Positions 17,010-28,002 of a stretch of DNA of 64,000 nucleotides are shown here, in pieces. Within the stretch, counting starts at the first letter, position 1; the number at the start of each line of letters is the position of its first letter. The notes beneath the pieces were generated by a model. It was given only the letters and a program-made list of their open reading frames with translations, was not told the DNA's origin and made no database searches. Position numbers and translations under genes: made by a program. This stretch comes from Candidatus Multivorans sp. (GTDB taxonomy: Bacteria; Acidobacteriota; Thermoanaerobaculia; Multivoradales; Multivoraceae), in NCBI GenBank assembly GCA_965224025.1, contig OZ245033.1:3264001-3328000 (forward strand), in the 5' to 3' direction.

Positions 17010-19412
17010 CTAGAGGGTTGGGGCGACGGCTTCGTGGTCGAAGGCCTCGATCAGATCGCCGGGTTTGACGTCCTGGAAGCGGTCGATGCCGATACCGCAA
17101 TCGAAGCCGTTGCGCACCTCCGCCGTGTCGTCCTTGAATCGGCGCAGCGAGCCGATCCTGCCCTCGTGGACAACCACGCTGTCCCGTACCAGGCGAATCT
17201 GCGCGCTGCGCGGGATGACGCCCGCGACCACGTGGCAGCCGGCGACCATGCCGACCTTGGGCACCTTGAACACCTCGCGCACCTCGGCGCGGCCCATGGA
17301 GACCTCTCGGTAGGTCGGCTCCAGCAGTCCGGTCATCGCCGCGAGCAGCTCCTCCGTCAGCTCGTAGATCACCGTATGCAGCCGCACCTCGACATCCTCC
17401 TTGGCGGCGAGGTCGGCGGCGTTGCGCTCGGGGCGGACGTTGAAGCCGTAGATGATCGCTCCCCCGGCCGATGCCAGGAGCACATCGTGCGTGGTCACGG
17501 CGCCGACGGCGGCGCGGATCACGCGTACCTTGACCTTGTCCGTCGAGACCTTCTGCAGCGTGTCCCGGAGCACCTCGACCGAACCCTGGACGTCGGCTTT
17601 GAGCACGACGGGCAGTTCCTTGACCTCGCCTTCCTTCAGGCTCGCGAACAGGCTTTCGAGGGAAACGCCGCCCGTGGTGGGAGCGAGTTCGATGCGCCGC
17701 TTCTCCTCGCTCCGGAACTGTGCGATCGAGCGAGCCTTCGCCTCCTTGGCCGCCACCTGAAACGGGTCGCCCGCGTCGGGAAGATCGTTGAAGCCCGCGA
17801 CCTCCACCGGCAGCGAAGGCGGAGCTTCCTTGACCCGCTTGCCCAAATCGTTCATGAGAGACCGGACCCGGCCCCAAGTCGAACCGCAGACGAAGACATC
17901 GCCGATCCGGAGAGTGCCGTTCTGAACCAGGATCGTAGCGACCGAGCCGCGGCCGGTTTCCTTGCTCGCTTCGATCACGACGCCCTGGGCCTGCAACTCC
18001 GGACTTGCCCGCAGCTCCGCCACCTTCGCGGTCAGCGTGAGCATCTCGAGAAGATCGGCGATTCCGTCGCCCTTGAGGGCGGAGATCGGCACCGCGATCA
18101 CGTCGCCGCCCCAGTCCTCGACCACGAGGTCGCGTTCCGCCAACTGCTGCTTGACCCGGTCGACGTTCGCGTTCGGCCGGTCGATCTTGTTGATCGCAAC
18201 CAGGATCGGCACCGCCGCGGCGCGGGCGTGGTCGAGCGCTTCAAGGGTCTGGGGCATTACGCCGTCGTCGGCGGCTACGACCAGGACCACCATGTCCGTG
18301 ACCTTGGCGCCCCGGGCCCGGAGCTGTGTGAACGCCTCGTGGCCGGGCGTGTCGAGGAACGTGATGCGACCGTCGTCCTGCTCGACCTGGTAGGCCGCGA
18401 TGTGCTGCGTGATGCCGCCGAACTCGCTTTCGGTGAGCTTGGACTTGCGGATCGCGTCGAGCAGGGAGGTCTTGCCGTGATCGACGTGGCCCATGATGGT
18501 CACGATCGGCGGTCGCTCGACCTCGGCCATCCCATCGGCGCTATCGCCGCTGGCCTCCAGTTCTTCCTCCTGCTCGATTTGGATTTCCTCTTCAAAGGAG
18601 ACGACCAGGGCGTCGAAGCCCATCCGCTCCGCGAGTTCGACCGCCACTTCCGGTTCCACGACGTGGTTCACGGTCGCCATGACGCCGCGGTCGAACAGCA
18701 TCTTGAGCAGATCCTTCGCCTTGAGGTCCATCTTCTCGGCCAAGTCCCGGACCCGGAGACCGTCTGACACGGTCAGAGCGCGGCGCGGGCCGTCTTCGGC
18801 AGCCGTCTCGGCCTGCCTCTCCTCCCGCCGCTCCCGGCGGCTGCGCAGATCGATGGCGGGAGGCGCCGCTGCCGGAGTTGCCGGGGCAGCCGTTGACGCG
18901 GCGGGCGGCGCCGCCGGGGACGATGTCGGCGTGGCGGTCGGAGCGGAGGCCGGCGTCTCGACCGCCGGCGTCGTCGTCGGCGGTGCCGTGGCCCGGCTTT
19001 CCGACCCGCGCGCGCGCGCGGCCCTGGCCGCCTCCTCGGCCGCAATCTCCTTGGCTGCGATCTCCTCCGGCGTCGGAGGTTTCGGCTTCGTTTCGGTCGG
19101 CGTCAGGGTCCGAATCGTGTGCTTGTGGACGACCTGTCGCCGTCGATTCGGGCGCATCGGCCCGGAGGGCGGCCTGAGGCTCGAAATAGGTCGGCGCCGG
19201 GGCGCGGCCGGCGGCGCCGCGCGGTCGCGCAGGATGACCTCGCGCTGGGGACCGGCGATCTTCCTGCCTTCCAGCAGGGCCTTGATGATTTCCGTGTCGA
19301 TCATCGCGTCTTCGCCTTCTACGCGAACACCGATCGATCGGAACTTGAACAGCAGGTCCTGTTCGGCCACGTTCATCCGCTTGGCCAGATCCTGCAGCCG
19401 GATTTTTGCCAT
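17010..19412 (-). CDS. infB: Translation initiation factor IF-2
   Basis: GHVDHGKT, GGITQHI, DTPGHEAF, NKID. Confidence 0.98.
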   Translation of the reverse strand: MAKIRLQDLAKRMNVAEQDLLFKFRSIGVRVEGEDAMIDTEIIKALLEGRKIAGPQREVILRDRAAPPAAPRRRPISSLRPPSGPMRPNRRRQVVHKHTIRTLTPTETKPKPPTPEEIAAKEIAAEEAARAARARGSESRATAPPTTTPAVETPASAPTATPTSSPAAPPAASTAAPATPAAAPPAIDLRSRRERREERQAETAAEDGPRRALTVSDGLRVRDLAEKMDLKAKDLLKMLFDRGVMATVNHVVEPEVAVELAERMGFDALVVSFEEEIQIEQEEELEASGDSADGMAEVERPPIVTIMGHVDHGKTSLLDAIRKSKLTESEFGGITQHIAAYQVEQDDGRITFLDTPGHEAFTQLRARGAKVTDMVVLVVAADDGVMPQTLEALDHARAAAVPILVAINKIDRPNANVDRVKQQLAERDLVVEDWGGDVIAVPISALKGDGIADLLEMLTLTAKVAELRASPELQAQGVVIEASKETGRGSVATILVQNGTLRIGDVFVCGSTWGRVRSLMNDLGKRVKEAPPSLPVEVAGFNDLPDAGDPFQVAAKEAKARSIAQFRSEEKRRIELAPTTGGVSLESLFASLKEGEVKELPVVLKADVQGSVEVLRDTLQKVSTDKVKVRVIRAAVGAVTTHDVLLASAGGAIIYGFNVRPERNAADLAAKEDVEVRLHTVIYELTEELLAAMTGLLEPTYREVSMGRAEVREVFKVPKVGMVAGCHVVAGVIPRSAQIRLVRDSVVVHEGRIGSLRRFKDDTAEVRNGFDCGIGIDRFQDVKPGDLIEAFDHEAVAPTL

Positions 19413-19453
19413 TGAGTCCTCGGTTCCCCGTCGTCGTATCGGCTCAGACGCCC

Positions 19454-20908
19454 CTAGGCTGCGCCGTTCCCCGTGTCGTTGTCGCCGCCCTCGCCGGCGC
19501 TGCCGGCCTCTTCCTCGCGGGTCTCTTCGCTAAAGGCGCGCGTCAGCGCCGCCATGAAGTCGTCTTCGTCCATCGCGGGGCTGTCGCTGTCCGTTGCGGC
19601 GTCTTCGGCCTCGGCCGACCCGGAGCGTTCGGCGGCCCACGCGAGAATCGCCGCGGCCAACGCGTCGTCGACGCCCGGAACCATCGTCAGGGCCTCCACG
19701 CCGGCGTTCTCGAGGGCTTCGAGTTCACCCAGGCCTGCCCCGGAGAGGGCGGCTGCTACCCCATCGTCGACGCCCGGAATCTCGGTCAGGTCGAGTTCGC
19801 CCGCGCCGCGGTCGACGTTCAGCATCCTGGCCAACGCGTCGGCGACCTCGTCCTTGACGTCCGTTTCGCTCTTGATGTCGATCCGGGCGCCGATGAGTTC
19901 ACTGGCCAGGCGCACGTTCTGGCCCCGTTTGCCGATCGCAAGCGAGAGCTGCTCGTCCTCGACGATCACGTCGAGGTGCGGGGTGGCGCCCTCGTGGGTC
20001 ACCGATACGCGGGTGATCCGCGCCGGCGCCAGGGCGCTCTGCGCGAAGGTCACCTGGTCTTCCGAGTACTCGATGATGTCGATCTTTTCGCCCCGAAGTT
20101 CGCGGATGATCGACTGCACGCGCGATCCCTTCATGCCGACGCAGGCGCCGACCGGGTCGACGTCGCGTTCCCGGCTCAGGACGGCGACCTTGGCGCGTTC
20201 GCCGGGAGCGCGCACCGCGGTCTTGATCACCACGGTGCCGTCGTAGATCTCGGGCACCTCCATCTCGAACAGCTTGACCAGGAGGCGAGGGTCGGTGCGG
20301 GACATCACGATCTGAGGTCCCTTGGGCTGCTTGTGGACCTCGACGATCACTCCGCGGATTCGCTCACCCTGGCTGTAGCGCTCGTGGCGGGACTGCTCGC
20401 TGCGAGGGACGATCGCCTCCGTGCGGCCGAGGTCGACAATGATGTCGCCGCGTTCGAAGCGTCGCACCGTGCCGTTGACCACCTCGCCGACGCGATTCTC
20501 GAACTCGCCGAAGATCTTCTCCCGCTCGGCTTCCCGGACACGCTGGTAGAGCACCTGCTTCGCCGACTGGGCGGCGATCCGTCCAAGCCCCTCGGTGGAG
20601 ATCGGGAGCTCGATTTCCTCGCCGATCTCGGCGTCCTCCTTGTGCTCGCGAGCCTCTTCGAGGGTCCACTCGGCGAAGGGGTCCTCAACCTCTTCCACCA
20701 CCTGCCGGTAGAGGAAGGCGCTGAACTGGCCGGTCTCCCGGTCCATGTAGGAGCGCACCGGCTCCTTGATGTGGTGCTGCTTCTTGGCCGCGGAGGCCAC
20801 CGCGTCCTCGAGGGCGACGATCCACCGGTCGAGATCGATGTCCTTCTCGTGAGCGACCTGCCTGAGGACCTCGTTGATGTTCACTTCGGGAGTGTGCGGC
20901 TGAGCCAT
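19454..20908 (-). CDS. nusA: Transcription factor NusA
   Basis: GRIAAQSAKQ, DPVGACVGMKGSR, AIGKRGQNVRLA. Confidence 0.98.
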   Translation of the reverse strand: MAQPHTPEVNINEVLRQVAHEKDIDLDRWIVALEDAVASAAKKQHHIKEPVRSYMDRETGQFSAFLYRQVVEEVEDPFAEWTLEEAREHKEDAEIGEEIELPISTEGLGRIAAQSAKQVLYQRVREAEREKIFGEFENRVGEVVNGTVRRFERGDIIVDLGRTEAIVPRSEQSRHERYSQGERIRGVIVEVHKQPKGPQIVMSRTDPRLLVKLFEMEVPEIYDGTVVIKTAVRAPGERAKVAVLSRERDVDPVGACVGMKGSRVQSIIRELRGEKIDIIEYSEDQVTFAQSALAPARITRVSVTHEGATPHLDVIVEDEQLSLAIGKRGQNVRLASELIGARIDIKSETDVKDEVADALARMLNVDRGAGELDLTEIPGVDDGVAAALSGAGLGELEALENAGVEALTMVPGVDDALAAAILAWAAERSGSAEAEDAATDSDSPAMDEDDFMAALTRAFSEETREEEAGSAGEGGDNDTGNGAA

Positions 20909-20925
20909 TGTCAGAGTCCCCGGAG

Positions 20926-21393
20926 TCAGAGTTCGACCAGTAGTCTGGCCTTGTCAATGCTGTCGATGGTCAGGGGCAAGGTATCGCCGCTGTCGTCCTC
21001 GAGGATGAGTGCGACACTTGGCGCCTCGGCGCTCAGACCGTCCAGGAGACCCCGCACCGTGCGCCGGCTTCCCGTCGCGGCGTCGGTGAAGGTCACCTTG
21101 GCCCGCCGTCCGCGGAAGCGTTCGTAGTCGGGCGCTCCATGGAGTTCGCGGTCGAGTCCCGGCGAGCTGACTTCAAGCACGTAGCCGGAGATGGGGCCGA
21201 AGTCCTCCGCGTCGAGGAGGACGGACGCCTCCTTGGAGACGCCGGCGCAGTGCTCGTGGGTCACGCCGTCGGGATGATCGATCACCAGACGCAGGCCGCC
21301 GCCCCGAAACGCGGCGTCGAGCAACTCGCAGGAGTGGCTCGCTACCAGGCGCTCGAGGCGTCCAAGAAGGTCGGAATCGATGGCGTTTCCCAT
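20926..21393 (-). CDS. rimP: Ribosome maturation factor RimP
   Basis: YVLEVSSPGLDR; first gene of the nusA operon; start MGNAID. Confidence 0.93.
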   Translation of the reverse strand: MGNAIDSDLLGRLERLVASHSCELLDAAFRGGGLRLVIDHPDGVTHEHCAGVSKEASVLLDAEDFGPISGYVLEVSSPGLDRELHGAPDYERFRGRRAKVTFTDAATGSRRTVRGLLDGLSAEAPSVALILEDDSGDTLPLTIDSIDKARLLVEL

Positions 21394-21513
21394 GGGGTGG
21401 CGCGGTCTCGAAACCGATCCGACCGCCGGCGTTCCATCGGGCGCCCGGAGATCGGAGGTGGGTTGGGGAGAGGGCATACGGTTTCGGGGGGTGGTCTCGC
21501 TGAACGGGTCTCT

Positions 21514-21547
21514 AAACAAAAGAGAGCGGGCCGAAGCACCCACTCTC
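21514..21547 (-). terminator. rimP-leader terminator/attenuator hairpin
   Basis: GAGAGTGGG-TGCTTCGG-CCCGCTCTC followed by TTTTGTTT upstream of rimP. Confidence 0.7.
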
Positions 21548-21907
21548 AGCAGCCGCCTGCCGGTTTTCGGCGGACTTGCGCCCCGGAGGTTGAGGACTGT
21601 TCCCGACTCAGAAGCGATCTCCCCCTCTTCCGGGAGAAGCGTGGGAGAAGCGCCGGCAGTTGGGCGCAGACTATACAATTGATGGTTGGGGCGGGCAACC
21701 GCTCTTCGCGCCCTCACGCCAGAATGGCGCGCTTCCGTGGACCGTGGTGTTCAGCGGCGCCACTCTGTGCCGCGTTGTGTAGCGGAGAAGACCGGGCGGC
21801 GTTGGCAGGCGGATTGCACGCTCGGGGCTCCGCCGGCCACGTCCGCGTAGGGAGGGCGAGCCGGGACGGTTGTATGCTCTCCCTTCTTCAACGAGGTACT
21901 ACTGACG

Positions 21908-23419
21908 ATGAATACGAAGAAGCAGATCCTCTTCACCGGCCTGATGGTGTTCGGCGCCCTGGTGTTCGGCATGGTCATCGCGGGCGGTCTGAACCTCACC
22001 GAACCGACCCGGGCGGAAGAGGCCGGTCAGACCGCCGTGGCTGCGGAGGACGACTCCCGACGAGCGCAGGCAAGGAAGGTCGAAGGCCACGCGAGGACAT
22101 CGATCGAGAGCTTCGCCGATCTGGCGGAGGCCGTCCTGCCGGCGGTGGTCACGGTCGAAGTGGCGAGGATCGAAGAGAGTTCGGGGCCCGAGTTCTTCTT
22201 CCGGCGCAATCCGTTCCAGCGGCAACCGGATCAGGAGTCGGAACCTGACGAACAGCGGCTTCAGGGCGCTGGCAGCGGCTTCCTGATCTCCGCCGACGGC
22301 TGGATCGTGACGAACAACCATGTGATCGACAGAGCGGAGGAGGTCACGGTCCGCTTCGAGGGGCGCGAGTATGAGGCCGAGGTCAGGGGCCGTGACCGGG
22401 AGACCGATCTGGCTCTGATCAAGATCGAAGCGGATGAGGACCTGCCGTTCCTGGCGCTTGGCGATTCGGAAGAGCTTCGGGTCGGCGACTGGATCATGGC
22501 GATCGGCAGTCCGTTGAGCTTCGAGGCATCGGTGACGGTGGGCGTGGTCAGCGCCAAGGGACGCTCGTTCGGCATCGAGGGCGGACCCACCAGCTTCGCG
22601 AACTACATCCAGACCGATGCCGCGATCAATCGGGGGAATTCCGGCGGACCTCTGGTGAACACGGCCGGCGAGGTCGTCGGAATTGCCACTGCGATGGCGT
22701 GGGCCGAGAACATCGGCTTCGCGGTGCCGGTGGACGTGCTGGAGGGAGTCCTTCCGCAGTTGCGGGACGAGGGCAGGGTCCGGCGCGGCTACCTCGGCGT
22801 GCAGATCCGTGACCTGGAACACATCGAGGCCCGCTACTACGAGCTGGACGAGCCGAACGGCGCTCTGGTGCAGGAAGTGGTGGAGGAGACGCCGGCGGAC
22901 AAGGCAGGTGTCGAATCCGGAGACGTGATCCTTGGCGTCGATGACCACGAGGTCGTGGGCACGCGCGACCTGATCGACTACGTGGCGGCGCTGGCGCCCG
23001 GCGAGCGAGTCGAACTCGAGATCCTCCGCGACACTCGGCGGATTAGCCTCGATGTCCTGCTTGAGGAGCGTCCACTACAGATCGCCGAGAGCGGCTCCGC
23101 GCGCCCGGCGCCGACCCGGAGCGAAGGCATGGACTGGCTCGGTCTCGATCTGCGGCCCCTGACCGCCAATCTCCGCGAGCGCTCCGGGTTGGACCGGCGA
23201 CAGCACGGCGTGTACGTGTCGGATGTCTCGGCTCGCAGCGTCTTCGCCGAGCGGGGCTTCCAGGCAGGGGTCGTGATCACCGGCATCGACGATGCCGAAA
23301 TTCGCGATCTGGACGACCTGAAGGCGGCGGCCGCCGATCTTGAGACCGGAGACCTGATCCGCGTGGCGGCGGTGGTTCCCGGCGGCCAGCGGTTCTTCTC
23401 GGTCATCGAAGTCCCCTGA
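21908..23419 (+). CDS. HtrA/DegP-family serine protease with two PDZ domains
   Basis: GSGF, TNNHV, DLALIK, QTDAAINRGNSGGPL. Confidence 0.95.
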   Translation: MNTKKQILFTGLMVFGALVFGMVIAGGLNLTEPTRAEEAGQTAVAAEDDSRRAQARKVEGHARTSIESFADLAEAVLPAVVTVEVARIEESSGPEFFFRRNPFQRQPDQESEPDEQRLQGAGSGFLISADGWIVTNNHVIDRAEEVTVRFEGREYEAEVRGRDRETDLALIKIEADEDLPFLALGDSEELRVGDWIMAIGSPLSFEASVTVGVVSAKGRSFGIEGGPTSFANYIQTDAAINRGNSGGPLVNTAGEVVGIATAMAWAENIGFAVPVDVLEGVLPQLRDEGRVRRGYLGVQIRDLEHIEARYYELDEPNGALVQEVVEETPADKAGVESGDVILGVDDHEVVGTRDLIDYVAALAPGERVELEILRDTRRISLDVLLEERPLQIAESGSARPAPTRSEGMDWLGLDLRPLTANLRERSGLDRRQHGVYVSDVSARSVFAERGFQAGVVITGIDDAEIRDLDDLKAAAADLETGDLIRVAAVVPGGQRFFSVIEVP

Positions 23420-23424
23420 GCCGC

Positions 23425-24780
23425 ATGGGCCCTCGCGTGCTCGTAGTCGACGACGAGGAGTCGATCCGAAGCTCGCTGCGGATGATCCTCGAGTTCGAGC
23501 GCTACCGGGTCGAGGAGGCGTCGACCGGGAGGGAGGCGCTGCGGCGCGTGATGACCAGGCCTCCGGCGGCCGTCCTGCTGGACATCAAGATGCCCGAGAT
23601 GGACGGTCTGGCCACGCTGTCGCGCTTGCGGGAACGCGGCCACGACATGCCCGTGGTCATGATCAGCGGCCACGGCGACATCGCCGCAGCGGTGGAGGCG
23701 ACCCGGCTGGGGGCCTACGACTTCCTGGAGAAACCGCTCGAACGGGACCGCGTGCTGCTGGCTCTGCGCAACGCGATCGAGCGACGGCGGCTCGAGGACG
23801 AGAATCGCCTTCTGCGAGGGGCGCCGTCGGAGTTGGTGGGTGAATCCGCCCCGATGCAGGAACTTCGGGCGACGATCGAACGAGCGGCGCCGACTCCGGC
23901 GACCGTGCTGATCACGGGCGAGAGCGGCGTCGGCAAGGAACTCGTGGCGCGCGGCATTCACGCCGGCAGCCCGCGGTGCGAGGTGCCGTTGGTACAGGTC
24001 AACTGCGCGGCGATTCCCGATGAACTGATCGAGTCCGAGCTCTTCGGCCACGAAAAGGGCGCTTTCACCGGTGCCGTGCGCCGCCAGATCGGCAAGTTCA
24101 CGGCCGCCGACGGCGGCACGATCTTCCTGGACGAAGTGGGGGACATGTCCGCCCGCACCCAGGCCAAGGTGCTGCGAGCGCTGCAGAACGGCGAGATCGA
24201 GCCGGTCGGCGCCCGCACGACCGTTACCGTCGATGTCCGGGTGGTGGCGGCGACCCACCGGGATCTGCTGGCCGAGGTCGAGGCGGGCCGTTTCCGCGAG
24301 GACCTCTTCTACCGGCTGAACGTGGTCCCGGTTCACGCGCCGCCGCTGCGGGCGCACCTGGACGACCTGCCGCTCCTGGTCGCCCACTTCATCGAGCGTT
24401 TCGCCGCGCAAAACAACTACCGGCCCAAGACCCTCACCGGGGAGGCGACCCGGCAGTTGCGGGCGATGCCGTGGCGCGGCAACGTCCGTGAGCTGAAGAA
24501 CCTGGTGGAACGCCTGCTGATCCTGACTCCGGGTGACGAGATCGACCGCGCAGACGTTCTCCGGCTCGCCGGTCCGGAGCGCGGGGGGCTGTCGGAGGCT
24601 ATTCTCGCGGTGTCGACCCTGCGGGAGTTCAGGGAGACCGCGGAACGTCTCTACTTGGCGAAGAGACTCGAGGAGCATGGCTGGAACGTGACCCGTACCG
24701 CCAAGGCGATCGGAACGCCGAGAAGCAACCTGTACAAGAAGATGGACCAGCACGGCCTGCGCCGGGAGGACGCGACTTGA
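23425..24780 (+). CDS. Sigma-54-dependent response regulator (NtrC/NtrX-like)
   Basis: Receiver domain, GESGVGKE, intact GAFTGA, C-terminal Fis-type HTH. Confidence 0.95.
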   Translation: MGPRVLVVDDEESIRSSLRMILEFERYRVEEASTGREALRRVMTRPPAAVLLDIKMPEMDGLATLSRLRERGHDMPVVMISGHGDIAAAVEATRLGAYDFLEKPLERDRVLLALRNAIERRRLEDENRLLRGAPSELVGESAPMQELRATIERAAPTPATVLITGESGVGKELVARGIHAGSPRCEVPLVQVNCAAIPDELIESELFGHEKGAFTGAVRRQIGKFTAADGGTIFLDEVGDMSARTQAKVLRALQNGEIEPVGARTTVTVDVRVVAATHRDLLAEVEAGRFREDLFYRLNVVPVHAPPLRAHLDDLPLLVAHFIERFAAQNNYRPKTLTGEATRQLRAMPWRGNVRELKNLVERLLILTPGDEIDRADVLRLAGPERGGLSEAILAVSTLREFRETAERLYLAKRLEEHGWNVTRTAKAIGTPRSNLYKKMDQHGLRREDAT

Positions 24781-25196
24781 ACACGGAGCGGCCCGACGCG
24801 GCGACACCGCACCGGATTCTGGTCGCGAAGCCCGGACTTGACGGTCACGACCGGGGCGCGAAGGTCGTGGCGCGGGCGCTGCGGGACGCCGGCTTCGAGG
24901 TGATCTACACCGGTTTGCGCAAGACGCCCGAGCAGATCGTCGCGGCCGCCGTGCAGGAGGACGTCCGGGCCGTCGGCCTGTCGACCCTGTCCGGCGCCCA
25001 CAACACCCTGCTCCCCGAAGTCGTCGAGGGGCTGCGCGCGGCGGACGCCGGCGACGTGCTCGTGTTCGCCGGCGGCATCGTTCCGGAGGTGGATATCGAA
25101 GGCCTCAAGGCGGCCGGAGTCGACGACGTCTTTCCCCCTGGCTCCAGCACCGCCGCGATCATCGAGTATCTGAACCGGCGTCTCGGGTCGCGATGA
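24777..25196 (+). CDS. Stand-alone cobalamin-binding subunit of an acyl-CoA mutase
   Basis: [29 protein letters not shown]. Confidence 0.92.
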   Translation: MNTERPDAATPHRILVAKPGLDGHDRGAKVVARALRDAGFEVIYTGLRKTPEQIVAAAVQEDVRAVGLSTLSGAHNTLLPEVVEGLRAADAGDVLVFAGGIVPEVDIEGLKAAGVDDVFPPGSSTAAIIEYLNRRLGSR

Positions 25197-25251
25197 AGAC
25201 ACTGTGAGTAGCGGACGAAGCCGCGGGCCGGGCGGCCGGGGCCGGCGACTG

Positions 25252-27969
25252 ATGGCGGACAACGAGGCTGCGGCGGGCGCCCGAACGGCGGGCGCGGCGA
25301 TGGACAAGCGCTTCAACCCCGCGTCTTACGAGAGCAGGTGGCAGACGTGGTGGGAGGAGCAGGAACTGTTCCGTTGTCCGCGGGATCCGGAGGACGAAGG
25401 ACAGACCCCGTACTGCATCCTGATTCCGCCGCCGAATGTGACCGGCAAGCTGCACATGGGGCACGCCCTCCAGAGCACTCTGCAGGATCTGGTCACCCGC
25501 TGGCGCCGGATGCGAGGCGACAACGCCTTGTGGCTCCCGGGCACCGACCACGCCGGTATCGCGACCCAACTCATGGTCGAACGTCAACTCGAGCAGGAGG
25601 GCACGAGCCGGCTCGAACTCGGGCGGGAGAAGTTCCTCGAGCGGGTGTGGTGGTGGAAGGATGAGTACCACGCGAACATCAAGCGGCAGTTGCAGCGCCT
25701 GGGCGCCTCGTGCGACTGGTCCCGTGAGCGATTCACCCTGGACGAGGGGCTGGCGCGGGCGGTCCGCACGGCCTTCGTCGGGCTCTACCGTGAGGGCCTG
25801 ATCTACCGGGGCGAGTACATGGTGAACTGGTCTCCCGTGCTGCGGACCGCGGTGTCCGACCTGGAAGTCGAGAACCGCGAGGTCGAGGGCACGCTCTACC
25901 ACCTGGCTTACCCGTTGGAACCGGAGGAAGGAAGCGGAGACTCTGGCGAGGAGACGTTGATCGTCGCCACGACCCGTCCCGAGACCATGTTGGGCGACAC
26001 CGCGGTGGCCTTCCACCCCGAGGACGGGCGCTACCGCCACCTTGCGGGGCGTTTCGCGCGGCTGCCGATCCTCGACCGTCGTTTGCGGCTGGTCGCCGAC
26101 GAGCATGTCGACCCGGAGTTCGGCACCGGGCTGGTCAAGGTCACGCCGTTCCACGATCCGAACGACTACGAGATCGCGCAGAGGCACGATCTCCCCGGTG
26201 TGCGGGTAATCGGCCTGGACGGCCGGATGACGGCCGAGGCGGGCGCCGACTTCGAGGGCCTGGACCGCTTCGAGGCCCGTCGCCGCGTCGTAGAGCGTCT
26301 CGAGGCGGAGCGGCGCCTCGTCAAGACCGAGCGGCACGTCCACAGCGTGGGCCATTCGCAGCGGGGCGGCGAACCGATCGAACCGATGCTGTCGCCGCAG
26401 TGGTTCGCCGACGTCTCCGGCATGGCGAAGGAGGCGCTCGCCGCCGTCTCCGGCGGGCGCCTCGAGCTGATCCCGAACTCCTGGGACAGGACGTGGGAGC
26501 ACTGGCTTACGAACATCCGCCCCTGGGTCATCTCCCGCCAACTCTGGTGGGGACACCGGATTCCGGCCTGGTACGACGAGGACGGGGCCTGCTACGTGGC
26601 GATGAACCGCGAGGAGGCCGAGGAGCGGGCGGGCACGTCCGAGCTGACCCGCGACCCCGACGTGCTGGACACGTGGTTCTCGTCCGGGCTGTGGCCGGTC
26701 TCGACTCTCGGGTGGCCCGACGAGGACGCGCCGGACCTGCGGACCTGGTACCCGACGGACGTCTTGATCACCGGCCACGACATCCTGTTCTTCTGGGTGG
26801 CGCGGATGGTCATGCTCTCCAACCACTTCTACGGCGATATCCCGTTCCGCGCCGTCCACCTGACCGGTCTGGTGCGGGATGCCCACGGCGAGAAGATGTC
26901 CAAGACCAAGGGCAACACCGTCGACCCGATGGACCTGGTAAAGGAGTACGGCGCCGACGCGATGCGCTTCACCCTGGCGGTCCTCGACGTGCCGGGAAGG
27001 GACATTCCGCTCGACCTGGAGCGCATGGCGGGCTACCGCGCCTTCGGCAACAAGATCTGGAACGCGGTCCGCTTCGCCCTGGCGCGCACCGAGGGCGCCA
27101 GCACGCCGGCGTTGGCCGCCGAGCTGCTCGGTGACGACCTGGCCGCTCCGGAGCGGTGGATTCTCTCGCGCCTGTCGGCCACCGCGGCGGCGGTGAACGA
27201 TGCCCTGGAGGAGTTCCGTTTCGACCGCGCCTGCAACGCGCTCTACCACTTCTTCTGGCACGAGCTCTGCGACTGGTACATCGAGTTCGCGAAGCCCGCC
27301 CTCTCCGGCGCCGCGCCGCGTCCGCGGACGGCCGAGACCCTCCTGTTCGCGATCGACTTCAGTCTCAGGTTGCTGCACCCCGTGATGCCGCACCTGACCG
27401 AGGAGCTCTGGCAGCGCTTGCCGCGAGGCGCGGCGCCGGAGTCCGCCGGACCCCGGAGCATCGCCGTCGAGGCCTACCCGCTGGGCGACGACGACCTCGT
27501 CTCGCATGAGATCGAGCGGGGCATGGACGTTCTGGTCGCCATGGTGCAGACGGCCCGGAGTCTTCGCCGCGAACGAAACCTCACCGGCGCCGCGAAGATG
27601 GCGGTCTTCGTCGAGGACGGCGACGCGGACCTGATCGCCTTCGTCGTCGAGCAGGCGTCCCTCCTTGGCGCCGTCGCCGGCGTCGGGCAGGTGACCGCGG
27701 GCCAGGGTCCTGCCGGCTCGGTCCGGGACCGGGCCGGGGGCCTGAACCTGGCATTCGAGGTCGAGGCGCCCGCGATGAGCCAGGCCGAGCTGGCGAAGCT
27801 CACCAGGGACCTGGAGAACATCGACGCCGAGATCGCAGGCGCGCGGGGCCGTTTGTCGAACGCCAGGTTTCTTGAAAAGGCGCCAGCCCACGTGGTCGAG
27901 GGCAACCGCGCCCGCCTCGCCGAACTGGAGGAGCAGCGCAGCCGGGTGAGCGAGATCCTGGCGCGTTGA
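25252..27969 (+). CDS. valS: Valine--tRNA ligase
   Basis: PPPNVTGKLHMGH, KMSKT, SRQLWWGH, C-terminal coiled coil; exact start uncertain. Confidence 0.97.
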   Translation: MADNEAAAGARTAGAAMDKRFNPASYESRWQTWWEEQELFRCPRDPEDEGQTPYCILIPPPNVTGKLHMGHALQSTLQDLVTRWRRMRGDNALWLPGTDHAGIATQLMVERQLEQEGTSRLELGREKFLERVWWWKDEYHANIKRQLQRLGASCDWSRERFTLDEGLARAVRTAFVGLYREGLIYRGEYMVNWSPVLRTAVSDLEVENREVEGTLYHLAYPLEPEEGSGDSGEETLIVATTRPETMLGDTAVAFHPEDGRYRHLAGRFARLPILDRRLRLVADEHVDPEFGTGLVKVTPFHDPNDYEIAQRHDLPGVRVIGLDGRMTAEAGADFEGLDRFEARRRVVERLEAERRLVKTERHVHSVGHSQRGGEPIEPMLSPQWFADVSGMAKEALAAVSGGRLELIPNSWDRTWEHWLTNIRPWVISRQLWWGHRIPAWYDEDGACYVAMNREEAEERAGTSELTRDPDVLDTWFSSGLWPVSTLGWPDEDAPDLRTWYPTDVLITGHDILFFWVARMVMLSNHFYGDIPFRAVHLTGLVRDAHGEKMSKTKGNTVDPMDLVKEYGADAMRFTLAVLDVPGRDIPLDLERMAGYRAFGNKIWNAVRFALARTEGASTPALAAELLGDDLAAPERWILSRLSATAAAVNDALEEFRFDRACNALYHFFWHELCDWYIEFAKPALSGAAPRPRTAETLLFAIDFSLRLLHPVMPHLTEELWQRLPRGAAPESAGPRSIAVEAYPLGDDDLVSHEIERGMDVLVAMVQTARSLRRERNLTGAAKMAVFVEDGDADLIAFVVEQASLLGAVAGVGQVTAGQGPAGSVRDRAGGLNLAFEVEAPAMSQAELAKLTRDLENIDAEIAGARGRLSNARFLEKAPAHVVEGNRARLAELEEQRSRVSEILAR

Positions 27970-28002
27970 GCCGGCGCCGCCTCGGTTAGGCTTCGCGCCC
28001 CA

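Noticed and set aside
21550-21900. tRNA or other ncRNA upstream of rimP
   Set aside because: No cloverleaf or T-loop consensus found; best read as a divergent promoter region.
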